64,000 bases of DNA from a virus. Positions 55,268-64,000 of this stretch are shown here, piece by piece (the stretch's first letter is position 1; the number at the start of each line of letters is the position of its first letter). The DNA is taken from the IMG/VR virus record IMGVR_UViG_3300017756_000001; one strand, 5' to 3'. Position numbers and translations under genes: made by a program. The notes beneath the pieces were generated by a model that had not been told where the DNA came from, searched no databases, and saw only the letters and a program-made list of their open reading frames with translations.

Positions 55268-56154
55268 TGTTCTTCAATCGGAGTTTGTGGTGTGAGAGAG
55301 TAATTCGTAACTAAAAGTTCTGTCTTCACATTATCCTGGGTATTCTTATCACCCCTATGAACCATGGAATACCTTAACTTCCAATACTCAAGATGATAAT
55401 CTTTATATAACTCAAGCAACCGATCATTCACGTTGTAAGTGATCATAAACTTGTGAGGACATTTATAAACTTTTTCGGCAAACACTTCGTGATCAAATGA
55501 CTTGTGCATCTCACGATTCTTTCCGTACAAAAAGTCTTTGATGTCATAAGGAGGATCGAGAAATACAAAAGTATTTTCTGGTCCCTCGGTATTCATCACT
55601 TCAGAATAATCAATATTAGTAATCTTCCAGTTTTTAATCAGTTCAGAAAAATGTGCAAGTTTATTTGCACCAACCAGAGAAAAATTAGAGTTGGCGGCAG
55701 TACGTGAAAAAGTGCTGTTCTCTGTCAGACCGGAATAACTACACTTGTTCATGATAAAGAATGCAACTGCTTTCTGAAAATCATCATAAGTATCAATCTC
55801 AGCAGCATACTGGTTGAACAGTTCTTTCGCAAACTTATCCTTCTCTTCTTGAGTGCCACTCTCAAGCATCTTCTCCTTCTGCTCTCTGACACTCTCTGAG
55901 AGATCCTGACCACGATCACGCAGTTGTATCCAGAAGTTATAGAGGGGTACATACAGGTCATTGATCCAAACAGGAATGTCTGGATTTGCCTTAGTCACAT
56001 CAATGGCAATAGAACCACCACCAATAAATGGTTCACGATACTCTGTGATGACTTTTGGATACCATTTAGAAAGAGTTTTAATTGCTTTCGATTTTCCTCC
56101 CGGATATCGAAGAGGTGTTTTCAGAGATTTCAGGGATTTCATAATCAGGTTCAT
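55258..56154 (-). CDS. dam: D12-class DNA adenine N6-methyltransferase (Dam-like)
   Basis: TPLRYPGGKSKAIKTLSKWYP ... FREPFIGGGSIAID ... FVFLDPPYDIKD. Confidence 0.92.
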   Translation of the reverse strand: MNLIMKSLKSLKTPLRYPGGKSKAIKTLSKWYPKVITEYREPFIGGGSIAIDVTKANPDIPVWINDLYVPLYNFWIQLRDRGQDLSESVREQKEKMLESGTQEEKDKFAKELFNQYAAEIDTYDDFQKAVAFFIMNKCSYSGLTENSTFSRTAANSNFSLVGANKLAHFSELIKNWKITNIDYSEVMNTEGPENTFVFLDPPYDIKDFLYGKNREMHKSFDHEVFAEKVYKCPHKFMITYNVNDRLLELYKDYHLEYWKLRYSMVHRGDKNTQDNVKTELLVTNYSLTPQTPIEEQWN

Positions 56155-56295
56155 TATACTTCAAAAATTCCCAGAAAGTCAATTTCATTTCCTTCTGAGT
56201 CATACCGCAATGTCTTGCGGCAGTTGGTAAATTCATTGTAGCACGGAAGAGTGCTTCATTTGCCTCTTGGACATTTTGTGGTGTAGTCTTGACTC

Positions 56296-56487
56296 TCATA
56301 GTCCATACCCTTTATTTCTATGGAGAAGAACTCCATCAACCTTATTCAGCAGTTCTTGCATATCCTGATGCAATACGCGATACCCAGTTCCAACATAAAG
56401 TTGACCAAGAACTACCGCAACAGTGGCAGTTCCCCAAAAGACATAATAGAACTTTGATTTAACTTGTGCTCTTAGTTTTGTTTTCAT
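56296..56487 (-). CDS. Hypothetical small membrane protein
   Basis: 63-aa ORF. Confidence 0.5.
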   Translation of the reverse strand: MKTKLRAQVKSKFYYVFWGTATVAVVLGQLYVGTGYRVLHQDMQELLNKVDGVLLHRNKGYGL

Positions 56488-56729
56488 TTGAATTCACACT
56501 CCACTTTTCTATCTCCTTTATTCAAATCATTATCAAACTCTCCACTCAAAAGATATGGAATATCATGATGATCATATCCATCCTCAAAACTATGATGAAG
56601 ATGAGAAAACTTAAGTTCCTCACTAATGTATGCCTCATCATTATTTTGAATAATGTAAACGGGCATAGTTAATTGCGATTCATTTAGTTTAGACAAATCA
56701 TTTTTCAAATCCGCATAAGTATAAGTCAT
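56484..56729 (-). CDS. Hypothetical protein
   Basis: 81-aa ORF. Confidence 0.5.
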   Translation of the reverse strand: MTYTYADLKNDLSKLNESQLTMPVYIIQNNDEAYISEELKFSHLHHSFEDGYDHHDIPYLLSGEFDNDLNKGDRKVECEFK

Positions 56730-57679
56730 TTGAATTCACACTCCACCATTAGTTCAGTTAGACATGCAAGCATATTTATTTCTTGATCCGCCACGAACGC
56801 ACCCTGATACTGATACTTAGCCAGAACAAGCACAGCAGCAGGAATAGAACCCGAAACCAGGGAATCATAAAGAGCATCGTAAATACGACGCAATAGAACA
56901 GAAGTATCATTATCCAGGTTAGAAACAATCCACTTCCGGACTTCAGAGAAATTTTTCTCTTTAAGGTTTTTAATAAGATCATTTACTGCAACATCAGAGA
57001 ACGTGGCAAGAATACCAGAATCAATTTTTCCACTGACAGAATATCGTTGACACTCGTTAAGAACACGTCTCCAATCAGGAAAGTGCTTATTGATAAGTTC
57101 TACCAGGACCTTGTTATCATATTCAATACCTTCTGAATCCAAGATTTGTTGGATACGTTTGAAGAACTGGGCGGCAATGGTTTGTCGATCTCTTCCTCTA
57201 ATTCCGAATTCAACCACTGTGCAACGGGAATGAAGTGGTTCGAGGATTTTGTTTTTGTAGTTGCAGGTAAAGATGAATCGGCAGTTACCAACAAACTCCT
57301 CAATAAACGCCCGTAGGAGGAGTTGTACATCGTTGGACGTGTTATCAGCTTCGTCAATGATGATGACTTTGTGTTTTGCATCTGAAGAAAGCGAGACGGT
57401 CGAAGCGAAAGATTTCGCATTGTTTCTGACCGTATCGAGAAAACGTCCCTCATCGGATCCATTGATGACATAATAATCTACCCCCAGTTGATTGCATAGT
57501 GCCTTTGCTACTGTCGTCTTACCGATGCCTGGAGGACCGGCAAGTAACATATTTGGTATCTCTCCTCTATCTAGGAAAGATTGAAAAGTTTTTTTGGTAT
57601 TGTCAGGAAGTATACACTCTTCAATTGTTTTTGGTCGATATTTCTCGACCCAAATAAAATCACTCATAATCAAATCCAA
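56726..57679 (-). CDS. Clamp loader large subunit (gp44-like AAA+)
   Basis: WVEKYRPKTIEECILP ... LLAGPPGIGKTTVAKALCNQLG ... VIIIDEADNTSNDVQLLLRAFIEEF. Confidence 0.95.
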   Translation of the reverse strand: MDLIMSDFIWVEKYRPKTIEECILPDNTKKTFQSFLDRGEIPNMLLAGPPGIGKTTVAKALCNQLGVDYYVINGSDEGRFLDTVRNNAKSFASTVSLSSDAKHKVIIIDEADNTSNDVQLLLRAFIEEFVGNCRFIFTCNYKNKILEPLHSRCTVVEFGIRGRDRQTIAAQFFKRIQQILDSEGIEYDNKVLVELINKHFPDWRRVLNECQRYSVSGKIDSGILATFSDVAVNDLIKNLKEKNFSEVRKWIVSNLDNDTSVLLRRIYDALYDSLVSGSIPAAVLVLAKYQYQGAFVADQEINMLACLTELMVECEFK

Positions 57680-58197
57680 TCAGGTTTACGTTCAGGTTTG
57701 CGAAGATAATTATCCTTCACCCATGGTTTAGATGCAATATACCGTTTGTATGCGGTGAACGTATCTATTCTATCATCAAATTTCCATTCATCAGGCATGG
57801 CACGAGAAAAATTTTTTGCCATAGAATGACAAACAATTGCTAATTCCGTCTTACGATGAAATAATTTTTTAGCCTCAAACAAAGTATTAGTACATGTATG
57901 AATTTTACCATATCGATGATAATATTCACTTGCTAATTCACAACCATGTTGAATCAACCAGGCAGTGTTGTAAAGATTTTCTGCAGCCCATTTAGTTGAT
58001 GGATGATTACGGAAAGCACCTTTTTTTGTGGCATATGGAGTTCCATCTGCTTTTGGAAGAGTGCCCCAATCATAGTACCATTTTGAAAAAATGATTGAGA
58101 GCATTTGACAAGATTCTAAAGGCATTTTGACAATATGTTTGTCGGGTAATACCATTGCAGAATTTTTTGGACATTGCTCTGTGGCAAAAATATTCAT
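57670..58197 (-). CDS. Conserved-looking phage protein of unknown function
   Basis: 175 aa; MNIFATEQCPKNSAMVLPDKHIVKMPLESCQMLSI. Confidence 0.6.
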   Translation of the reverse strand: MNIFATEQCPKNSAMVLPDKHIVKMPLESCQMLSIIFSKWYYDWGTLPKADGTPYATKKGAFRNHPSTKWAAENLYNTAWLIQHGCELASEYYHRYGKIHTCTNTLFEAKKLFHRKTELAIVCHSMAKNFSRAMPDEWKFDDRIDTFTAYKRYIASKPWVKDNYLRKPERKPDWI

Positions 58198-58333
58198 TTT
58201 TTTGATTTAATCCAGCAAGATTTGCATAACGAATTTTTGTATCTTTTCTCGGATGGGACATAGCATCCAACTTGAGGACATTGGTTTGCTGGTATCATGA
58301 TACCACATCCAACGCACCTTGTCTCCCACATCT

Positions 58334-58669
58334 TCATACTAAAGGTCGATTAAAAATTTCAGATACTAAATCTGTGGCACCCATTGCTTCATACATGTAA
58401 GTGGCACCAGATCTGGGATTTGTATGCTCCCCACAGGTAAACACATCACAGACTGCCATTCCATTTTCTGGCCAGGTATGAATACTAATGTGACTTTCGG
58501 CAAGAAGTGCTACGGCAGTTACTCCATAAGGATCAAACTTGTGAGAAGAAATATCCAATAAAGTACTTTCAGATAATTGAGCGGCATTCGCAAGAACATT
58601 ACGAATATGTGCCTCATCATCCAAGAATCCAAATGGACATCCCTTCAATGTAAAAAGAATGTGTCTCAT
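58334..58669 (-). CDS. speD: S-adenosylmethionine decarboxylase
   Basis: ESHISIHTWPENGMAVCDVFTCGEHTNP. Confidence 0.92.
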   Translation of the reverse strand: MRHILFTLKGCPFGFLDDEAHIRNVLANAAQLSESTLLDISSHKFDPYGVTAVALLAESHISIHTWPENGMAVCDVFTCGEHTNPRSGATYMYEAMGATDLVSEIFNRPLV

Positions 58670-59352
58670 CCAAATGTAGAGTCTGGTTCTAGAGCAATAT
58701 AATACTTCAAATCATGATTTGAATTAGTGAATTTGGACAGTAGTTTAGATGAAACAACGACATCATAAGCACCAGGAATAATTTTGATGTTTTCAATCTT
58801 GAAATTAAATGTAAACTGCTTATCAGTTTCACCAACAACTTCGGCATACTCAATAGAAGTATCGTTTTTCTTATCACGAACAACTAATTTAATTACACCT
58901 GCTTCTCCAACAGCACAAAGATCGGGAAGTTGATATACTGCTGCTGCTTTCAACAACTTTTCAAGTGTCACACTATCCAATTGAAAACAAACATCCTGTG
59001 ATGGAAGTTGAATTGCTTTCTCGGGAGGAGAGATAATAACATTTGGATCAGCATAAAAATATTTGACCCGGCGTTTACCCTCACGAATATTAACATAAGA
59101 GTCTGGAGAGAAATCCATTTCAGGATCTTGGTGGAGACTCAGACCATTCAAGAACTGATTTAAATCATAGATTGCAAAGTCACGAGGAAAATCTTCTTTG
59201 ATTTCTGCCTCGGCAAGAATGTTCTTAGCAACAGAAATAGTGCGAAGTTGATTACCCTGTTTTACAAGAATAGATTGATTGATAGAAGAAAAGTTCTTGA
59301 GGATATTCAAAGTTTTTTCAGACAGTTTCATTGTTTTTTGACGAAGTTTCAT
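58666..59352 (-). CDS. Sliding clamp (gp45-like)
   Basis: MKLSEKTLNILKNFSSINQSILVKQGNQLRTISVAKNILAEAEI and gene order gp44-gp45. Confidence 0.85.
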   Translation of the reverse strand: MKLRQKTMKLSEKTLNILKNFSSINQSILVKQGNQLRTISVAKNILAEAEIKEDFPRDFAIYDLNQFLNGLSLHQDPEMDFSPDSYVNIREGKRRVKYFYADPNVIISPPEKAIQLPSQDVCFQLDSVTLEKLLKAAAVYQLPDLCAVGEAGVIKLVVRDKKNDTSIEYAEVVGETDKQFTFNFKIENIKIIPGAYDVVVSSKLLSKFTNSNHDLKYYIALEPDSTFG

Positions 59353-59885
59353 TGGGGGTAAGTTTCACGTTTTGCATTCTTATCGTTGAAATGCATCAGA
59401 AGAACAGCATAATGCAAGATCTTCATAATGTCACGACGAGCAGTACCTTTCTTATCATAACGAGAGGCATACTTCAGGATGTTACTGCGACAGAAGGATT
59501 CACCATCACCACATGCTTCAATCAGATCAAGTGTCTGGATTTTATCATCACCAGATGAATAGTGAGCATTGTATGTTCCAGAAATATAATCTCGAAGTTC
59601 CTTGAGGATCTCATCCTCACTATATTTGTATCTATTAGGATCTTGATTCATAGTTAAAGTAAATTCGTGTTTTTCGTGAATGTCACTCCAAAAATCTTCC
59701 CAGTCTGATTTTGTGGCAGAGTGAATCTCTTCAAAAGGACTTTTTTTATTCGGATCATCACGATCATATTCGTAATAGTGTTCAGAGTGTTCAATCATGT
59801 ATAGTTCATCATAAAGTAGACTCCATGCATTAACCATTATATCAGGCAACCTCCTGCTCGTCAACGGGAAGTTGGAAGTCAGCAT
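59349..59885 (-). CDS. Hypothetical phage protein
   Basis: 178-aa ORF coupled to gp45. Confidence 0.55.
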   Translation of the reverse strand: MLTSNFPLTSRRLPDIMVNAWSLLYDELYMIEHSEHYYEYDRDDPNKKSPFEEIHSATKSDWEDFWSDIHEKHEFTLTMNQDPNRYKYSEDEILKELRDYISGTYNAHYSSGDDKIQTLDLIEACGDGESFCRSNILKYASRYDKKGTARRDIMKILHYAVLLMHFNDKNAKRETYPQ

Positions 59886-60954
59886 CTACTTTATCATACA
59901 GTTCCATAAAAGATTGTTTAGTTTCATCATCAAAACGATTGATACAACTTTGAATTGCTTTTGCTTTGTCACCAAAAATGCTGTAGGCACGAATAATATG
60001 AGTCAGACGACGAGTGCTGATAATCTCATCAATACCCCCATCATAGAAAGTTTTGCGAATGATATCTGCCCAATCAACTAGACGAGAAATAAAGTTGTCA
60101 TCATCGATACCAAGACCATTAGAAATCTTAGAAAGAATCTTTGCTTCACTCGCAGGAGCAGGATAAGATTGTTCAAAGGTTACAGGGAATCGTTCAAGGA
60201 AGGCTTCGTTGAGCACGTTAGTTCCAATGAATCGTCCATCATCTGAACCTTTACCTTTAGTGTTTGCGGTTGCGATGACGTTGAAACCTGCACTGGGGCG
60301 GATAAACTTCCCAATTTTTTTAAGGAAGACTCCATTTCCTTCAAGGATGCTTTGGAGACAGAGAATTTTATTAGAGGCAAGGTCGATCTCGTCAAGGAGC
60401 AAGATAGCTCCTCGTTGGAGTGCTTCAATGACTGGTCCATTGTGCCAGACGGTTGCACCATCAACGAGGCGGAAACCGCCAATAAGATCATCTTCATCAG
60501 TTTCAATAGTAATGTTTACACGGATAAGTTCCCTACCCAATTGAGCACATGCTTGCTCAACCGAAAACGTTTTGCCGTTACCAGAGAGGCCCGTAATGAA
60601 CGTCGGATAGAATAGACGGGACTGAATAATTTTTTTAAGATCACCGAAATTGCCAAACTTGACGAAGGTATCATCTTTCAGAGGGATAAGGTTCTGTTCA
60701 ATAGCAGGGAGAGCAGCAGGTGCCTGATAAGTTTTTTCGATTTGGTCTACCTTTTCTTGTGTGACTTCAAGATTCCACTTACCACGACCAATCTTATACT
60801 GATCAAGTTTTTTAGTAACAGTTTGATAATTGCCACCGTTCATGGCACACCAGGCACGAATATCACCACTTGTAATTGAATCTCCGTAAAGTCCTTGAAG
60901 GGAGGTACGAACATAATCAGAAGACAGAGGCATGATGTAGGGTGTTTGTTTCAA
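59842..60954 (-). CDS. cobS: CobS/MoxR-like AAA+ ATPase
   Basis: ITGLSGNGKTFSVEQACAQLGRELIRVNITIETDEDDLIGGFRL ... GAILLLDEIDLAS. Confidence 0.85.
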   Translation of the reverse strand: MKQTPYIMPLSSDYVRTSLQGLYGDSITSGDIRAWCAMNGGNYQTVTKKLDQYKIGRGKWNLEVTQEKVDQIEKTYQAPAALPAIEQNLIPLKDDTFVKFGNFGDLKKIIQSRLFYPTFITGLSGNGKTFSVEQACAQLGRELIRVNITIETDEDDLIGGFRLVDGATVWHNGPVIEALQRGAILLLDEIDLASNKILCLQSILEGNGVFLKKIGKFIRPSAGFNVIATANTKGKGSDDGRFIGTNVLNEAFLERFPVTFEQSYPAPASEAKILSKISNGLGIDDDNFISRLVDWADIIRKTFYDGGIDEIISTRRLTHIIRAYSIFGDKAKAIQSCINRFDDETKQSFMELYDKVDADFQLPVDEQEVA

Positions 60955-61005
60955 CTGAAGTTATTATAGAGCAAATTTGAATTGATTGTGTGTTAGGTGG
61001 ACACT

Positions 61006-61248
61006 TCAAGAATTGTCCAATACCTCTTCAATTTCACTAATCAATCTCTTTTTACTATGTCTTTTGTCAAGTTCTACTCCCAACTCTCTACCATACTCTT
61101 CAAGTTCACCTTTACTCATTTCTTCCAAAGGACTAGCTTCAGTGAGAACTTCCTCTTCTGGAGTAACAAGAACTTCCTCTACAACAGGTTCTGGTGCGGG
61201 AGCAGGTGCTGGTTTTTGTCCACCTAGTAAATCTCCAAATCTAGACAT
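61006..61248 (-). CDS. Hypothetical acidic protein
   Basis: 80 aa; PAPAPAPEPVVEEVLVTPEEEVLTE linker. Confidence 0.55.
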   Translation of the reverse strand: MSRFGDLLGGQKPAPAPAPEPVVEEVLVTPEEEVLTEASPLEEMSKGELEEYGRELGVELDKRHSKKRLISEIEEVLDNS

Positions 61249-61278
61249 TTTTTTTACCTATTACTATAAAAATATTTA

Positions 61279-63384
61279 TCATGCAATGAGTTCTACAAAC
61301 TCTCCAAGAATCTTCTTGTTCATTTTTTTAGACTTCAAACTTTTTGCAAATGCATTCTTGATCTGTGATTTAGTGGCAGAATCATCTACAGAAAAACTAG
61401 AGTTGTTAGAAACTGCCGTGGCAGAAATACCGAAGTATTTGTGATAACCAGTATCAGTCAAAGAAATTGATTTTTCTTTTCTCCAAGTTTTGATAAGTTC
61501 TTCTTTCTCAGAAAAATTCTTAGAGTATCCGATAAAAGATCCAATTTCCCTAGGAGGAAGAATACGAATACCAATAAAGTTTACATCAGTCAATCGATGA
61601 CGAAGATTGTTGAGTAAAACAGTTGTAAAGTTGGCATAGTGATCATATGTGCTATCCAACTTGTAAGTATTTCCTGTCTTACGATCACGAAGAAAAGAAT
61701 TTTGAGACGGCCACAATTCACAGATTGTACTATCCTCCTCCCAAGGACGATGAACTTCCTTGTAAACTTTTAGAGGTGCTCCCTCACCATCAGTCAAAAT
61801 AACACACTGAACTTTTTGAAGTTTGTTTTCCCTTTTAAACTTAGGTAAGATTTCATGCAAACACATAAGACTTTCATTCAGGGGAGTACCAGACAAACCC
61901 ATACCCAGTGGTATTGGATATTCAATATAAGTTCTGAAAGAATAAACAATACGAAAAATAGTTTCCATTTGTTTTTCAAGTTCTCTAGAATTTGTCTTAC
62001 TGGTAAGAATATTCATCAGAGAAAACATTCTACCAATAGAAAATACACCAAGACGATATTCTGAACATGACCTCGGATCATCAATATGTTTCTGATTTGG
62101 ATACTCATTTGTAAAAGCATAAACATCAAAAGGAATGTTTACTTTTTTACAAAACCAAACAAGATTAAAAAGTTGTTTGACAGTATCAAGCATGATATCA
62201 GCCATAGATCCAGACCAGTCCAAGATAAAGACAAGTCCGTGATTTTTACCGTCAGGAATTACCGAGACTTTTTTAAACAAGTCTTCATTGTATCGATAAG
62301 TGTGTAGTTTGCCTGTATCAAGAACTCCAGTCCTACTAGTAGTAGCACGAGAGTAAGAGTCTGCAGACTTACGGCACTCGAACTCTTTGACGAGGTAGTT
62401 GACCTCTTTCTGTGCGGATCGTTTGAATTCATTGTACTTTACATCTATCCATTCAAAAATTGTAGAATCTACTTGACTCCAGGTATCATCACAATTCTTG
62501 TGAATCTCCTCATTAGGGATAATAATATTATCAATATTTACTTTAGGAATTTCATAATACGCAGTCTCCTGACCAACCTCATCAATCAATTCTTTCAAAG
62601 ATTCCTCAAAATTATCCATAGTCTTAGTTTCAGGTTCTTCATCACCTTCAACTTCATTACTACCATCACTATAAGAATTACTTACTTCAGAATTTTCAGA
62701 ACTATCTTTTTCTGATTGATCCTCTGGATCAGAGTGTCCCATCTGCTGTTCGGATTGTTTATCAGAACTATCTTCACTTTCGCCCTCCTGCTCATTTTGA
62801 TTTTGAGGAATATTTACCTTTGGTTTCTCTTGCTGTTCCTTTTTACAAAACTTGTAAAGAACCTCGGCAGATAAAAGAACATCTTCAAAGGTTTCACATT
62901 CACCAATCATACGAACAATAGGCATCTCATCATATTCTTGAAAAGAAATATCACAAAAACTACCAATCTTGAAATAAAGATTTACACGATCCGCAAGATT
63001 CATCTTAGAAACGTCTTCGTTTTCGAGACAGAAAAAATCTTCGTCGGCAAGTTCTTTATATCCACGATAAAAAGTTTTGCTGATACCGGCATAACGACGT
63101 TTCATCAGTTTTTCAATACGAACGTCTTCGACAATATTGACAAACTGTGGTGGAATCTTACGATCTTTAATCCAATTCTCATCAGGAGTATAAAGGGCAT
63201 GTCCGACTTCATGTCCGACAAGCATATCATATACTTCATTGCTTGCTTTCTCCCACATAGGAAGCGTCAATACTCGTGTATGAACATTGAAACAAGCAGT
63301 CTCTACTTTCTTGTGCTCCACGATCAAATCTTCGGTAGCAAGAAGTTTAGCAAGTTGTGACTTGATTTCGTGGGAGACTGCCAT
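61279..63384 (-). CDS. CobT-like protein: HEXXH metallopeptidase-like N-terminus plus von Willebrand A domain
   Basis: DMLVGHEVGHALYTPDENW; acidic linker; MIDAS-like LVFILDWSGSMAD ... GTPLNESL ... VILTDGEG. Confidence 0.8.
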   Translation of the reverse strand: MAVSHEIKSQLAKLLATEDLIVEHKKVETACFNVHTRVLTLPMWEKASNEVYDMLVGHEVGHALYTPDENWIKDRKIPPQFVNIVEDVRIEKLMKRRYAGISKTFYRGYKELADEDFFCLENEDVSKMNLADRVNLYFKIGSFCDISFQEYDEMPIVRMIGECETFEDVLLSAEVLYKFCKKEQQEKPKVNIPQNQNEQEGESEDSSDKQSEQQMGHSDPEDQSEKDSSENSEVSNSYSDGSNEVEGDEEPETKTMDNFEESLKELIDEVGQETAYYEIPKVNIDNIIIPNEEIHKNCDDTWSQVDSTIFEWIDVKYNEFKRSAQKEVNYLVKEFECRKSADSYSRATTSRTGVLDTGKLHTYRYNEDLFKKVSVIPDGKNHGLVFILDWSGSMADIMLDTVKQLFNLVWFCKKVNIPFDVYAFTNEYPNQKHIDDPRSCSEYRLGVFSIGRMFSLMNILTSKTNSRELEKQMETIFRIVYSFRTYIEYPIPLGMGLSGTPLNESLMCLHEILPKFKRENKLQKVQCVILTDGEGAPLKVYKEVHRPWEEDSTICELWPSQNSFLRDRKTGNTYKLDSTYDHYANFTTVLLNNLRHRLTDVNFIGIRILPPREIGSFIGYSKNFSEKEELIKTWRKEKSISLTDTGYHKYFGISATAVSNNSSFSVDDSATKSQIKNAFAKSLKSKKMNKKILGEFVELIA

Positions 63385-63393
63385 CAGTTCGTT

Positions 63394-63555
63394 TCAGATG
63401 AATCCAATATACGACGAAACCTCCCGTTTAGGGGAGGTCATGTGACGGTTTTTCAACTGTCTGAGAGATTCTTTTCTAGATCGTAGACGACCCTTACAGG
63501 TCCCTCTACCTTTTTTATCTTTACCAGAGTTGTGTTGCCAATTTGGTGTTTTCAT
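63394..63555 (-). CDS. 53-aa basic protein (not in ORF track)
   Basis: MKTPNWQHNSGKDKKGRGTCKGRLRSRKESLRQLKNRHMTSPKREVSSYIGFI. Confidence 0.4.
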   Translation of the reverse strand: MKTPNWQHNSGKDKKGRGTCKGRLRSRKESLRQLKNRHMTSPKREVSSYIGFI

Positions 63556-63791
63556 TAGATTAGATCTCGGTCTTGTAGATAATGAAGTGTTTCTTTTAAA
63601 GATCCTCTATGATGAACTCCGATTGCTATCTGAGGATACTCTGCTTCAGATCCAAATTCTTCTCTGAATTGATTTTCGTTAAATTCTTTATTTAAGAAAT
63701 ATTCATGAAAATCATTGTAAATGCTTGCGAGAAGCATAGCAGCTCGTTCGCATTCTTGATTACCATTACTGTAAATCCATGCCTGTGTCAT
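63555..63791 (-). CDS. Hypothetical protein
   Basis: 78-aa ORF. Confidence 0.55.
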   Translation of the reverse strand: MTQAWIYSNGNQECERAAMLLASIYNDFHEYFLNKEFNENQFREEFGSEAEYPQIAIGVHHRGSLKETLHYLQDRDLI

Positions 63792-63940
63792 TTCTTTTCG
63801 TGGTTATATTCGATTACAATTTTTTCATGTTGGGTGGTTCTATCACAACAAATATAATGCTTTGCTTCAGCACCCAATATCTTACAAATATTATCTAGTT
63901 GCATTCCAACAGCAAACTTTCTAAAATCGTCGTCAGTCAC
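63788..63940 (-). CDS. 50-aa hypothetical protein, GTG start (not in ORF track)
   Basis: VTDDDFRKFAVGMQLDNICKILGAEAKHYICCDRTTQHEKIVIEYNHEKK; overlaps neighbours by a few nt. Confidence 0.45.
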   Translation of the reverse strand: MTDDDFRKFAVGMQLDNICKILGAEAKHYICCDRTTQHEKIVIEYNHEKK

Positions 63941-64000
63941 GTTGCCTCCAGTCATCTGGTTTGTCTTGATGGAACCAGTCTATCACATCATCGGCAGAAT
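63933..64000 (-). CDS. C-terminal fragment of an ORF cut by window edge
   Basis: ...SADDVIDWFHQDKPDDWRQRD stop. Confidence 0.45.
   Translation of the reverse strand, partial: SADDVIDWFHQDKPDDWRQRD

Noticed and set aside
60209-60544. 111-aa plus-strand ORF opposite the cobS-like gene
   Set aside because: Composition (Pro/Arg/Ser-rich) and complete containment within a conserved AAA+ gene indicate an antisense shadow.

Overview
The window reads as a contiguous segment of a T4-like (myovirus) marine cyanophage genome. Almost everything is on the minus strand. It opens with a partial purM, then a photosynthesis block (psbD, psbA, two hli genes). Next is a 14-gene glycan/LPS-type cluster (4.8-18.6 kb) with GT25, GT11 and GT6-like glycosyltransferases, gmd, a GDP-fucose synthase and a GDP-mannose 3,5-epimerase-like gene. 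A tRNA/small-ORF zone follows with talC, then a rare plus-strand trio of exported-protein genes. A carbon/electron metabolism block comes next (zwf, gnd, PTOX, ferredoxin, plastocyanin), then nrdA/nrdB, primase, several phage-specific proteins, mazG, the gp41 helicase, uvsX and DNA polymerase gp43. The right end holds hsp20, regA, gp62, a Dam-like methylase, gp44, speD, gp45, a cobS-like AAA+ ATPase and a vWA/HEXXH protein. The best candidate for something undescribed is at 52.9-54.45 kb. There a 387-aa ORF has an arrangement of acidic residues suggestive of RuvC/RNase H nucleases. Directly upstream lie two tandem units of about 105 bp, each with a strong sigma70-type promoter (17-nt spacer) followed about 20 nt later by a 42-nt conserved repeat containing a hairpin. 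Other notable signals are recurrent promoters whose -35 box sits inside a terminator hairpin, a plus-strand gene whose start appears frame-disrupted, a 218-bp convergent antisense coding overlap, a CobS-like AAA+/HEXXH-vWA pair, and several clusters of unlisted micro-ORFs. All functional calls come from reading the sequence; no database search was run.
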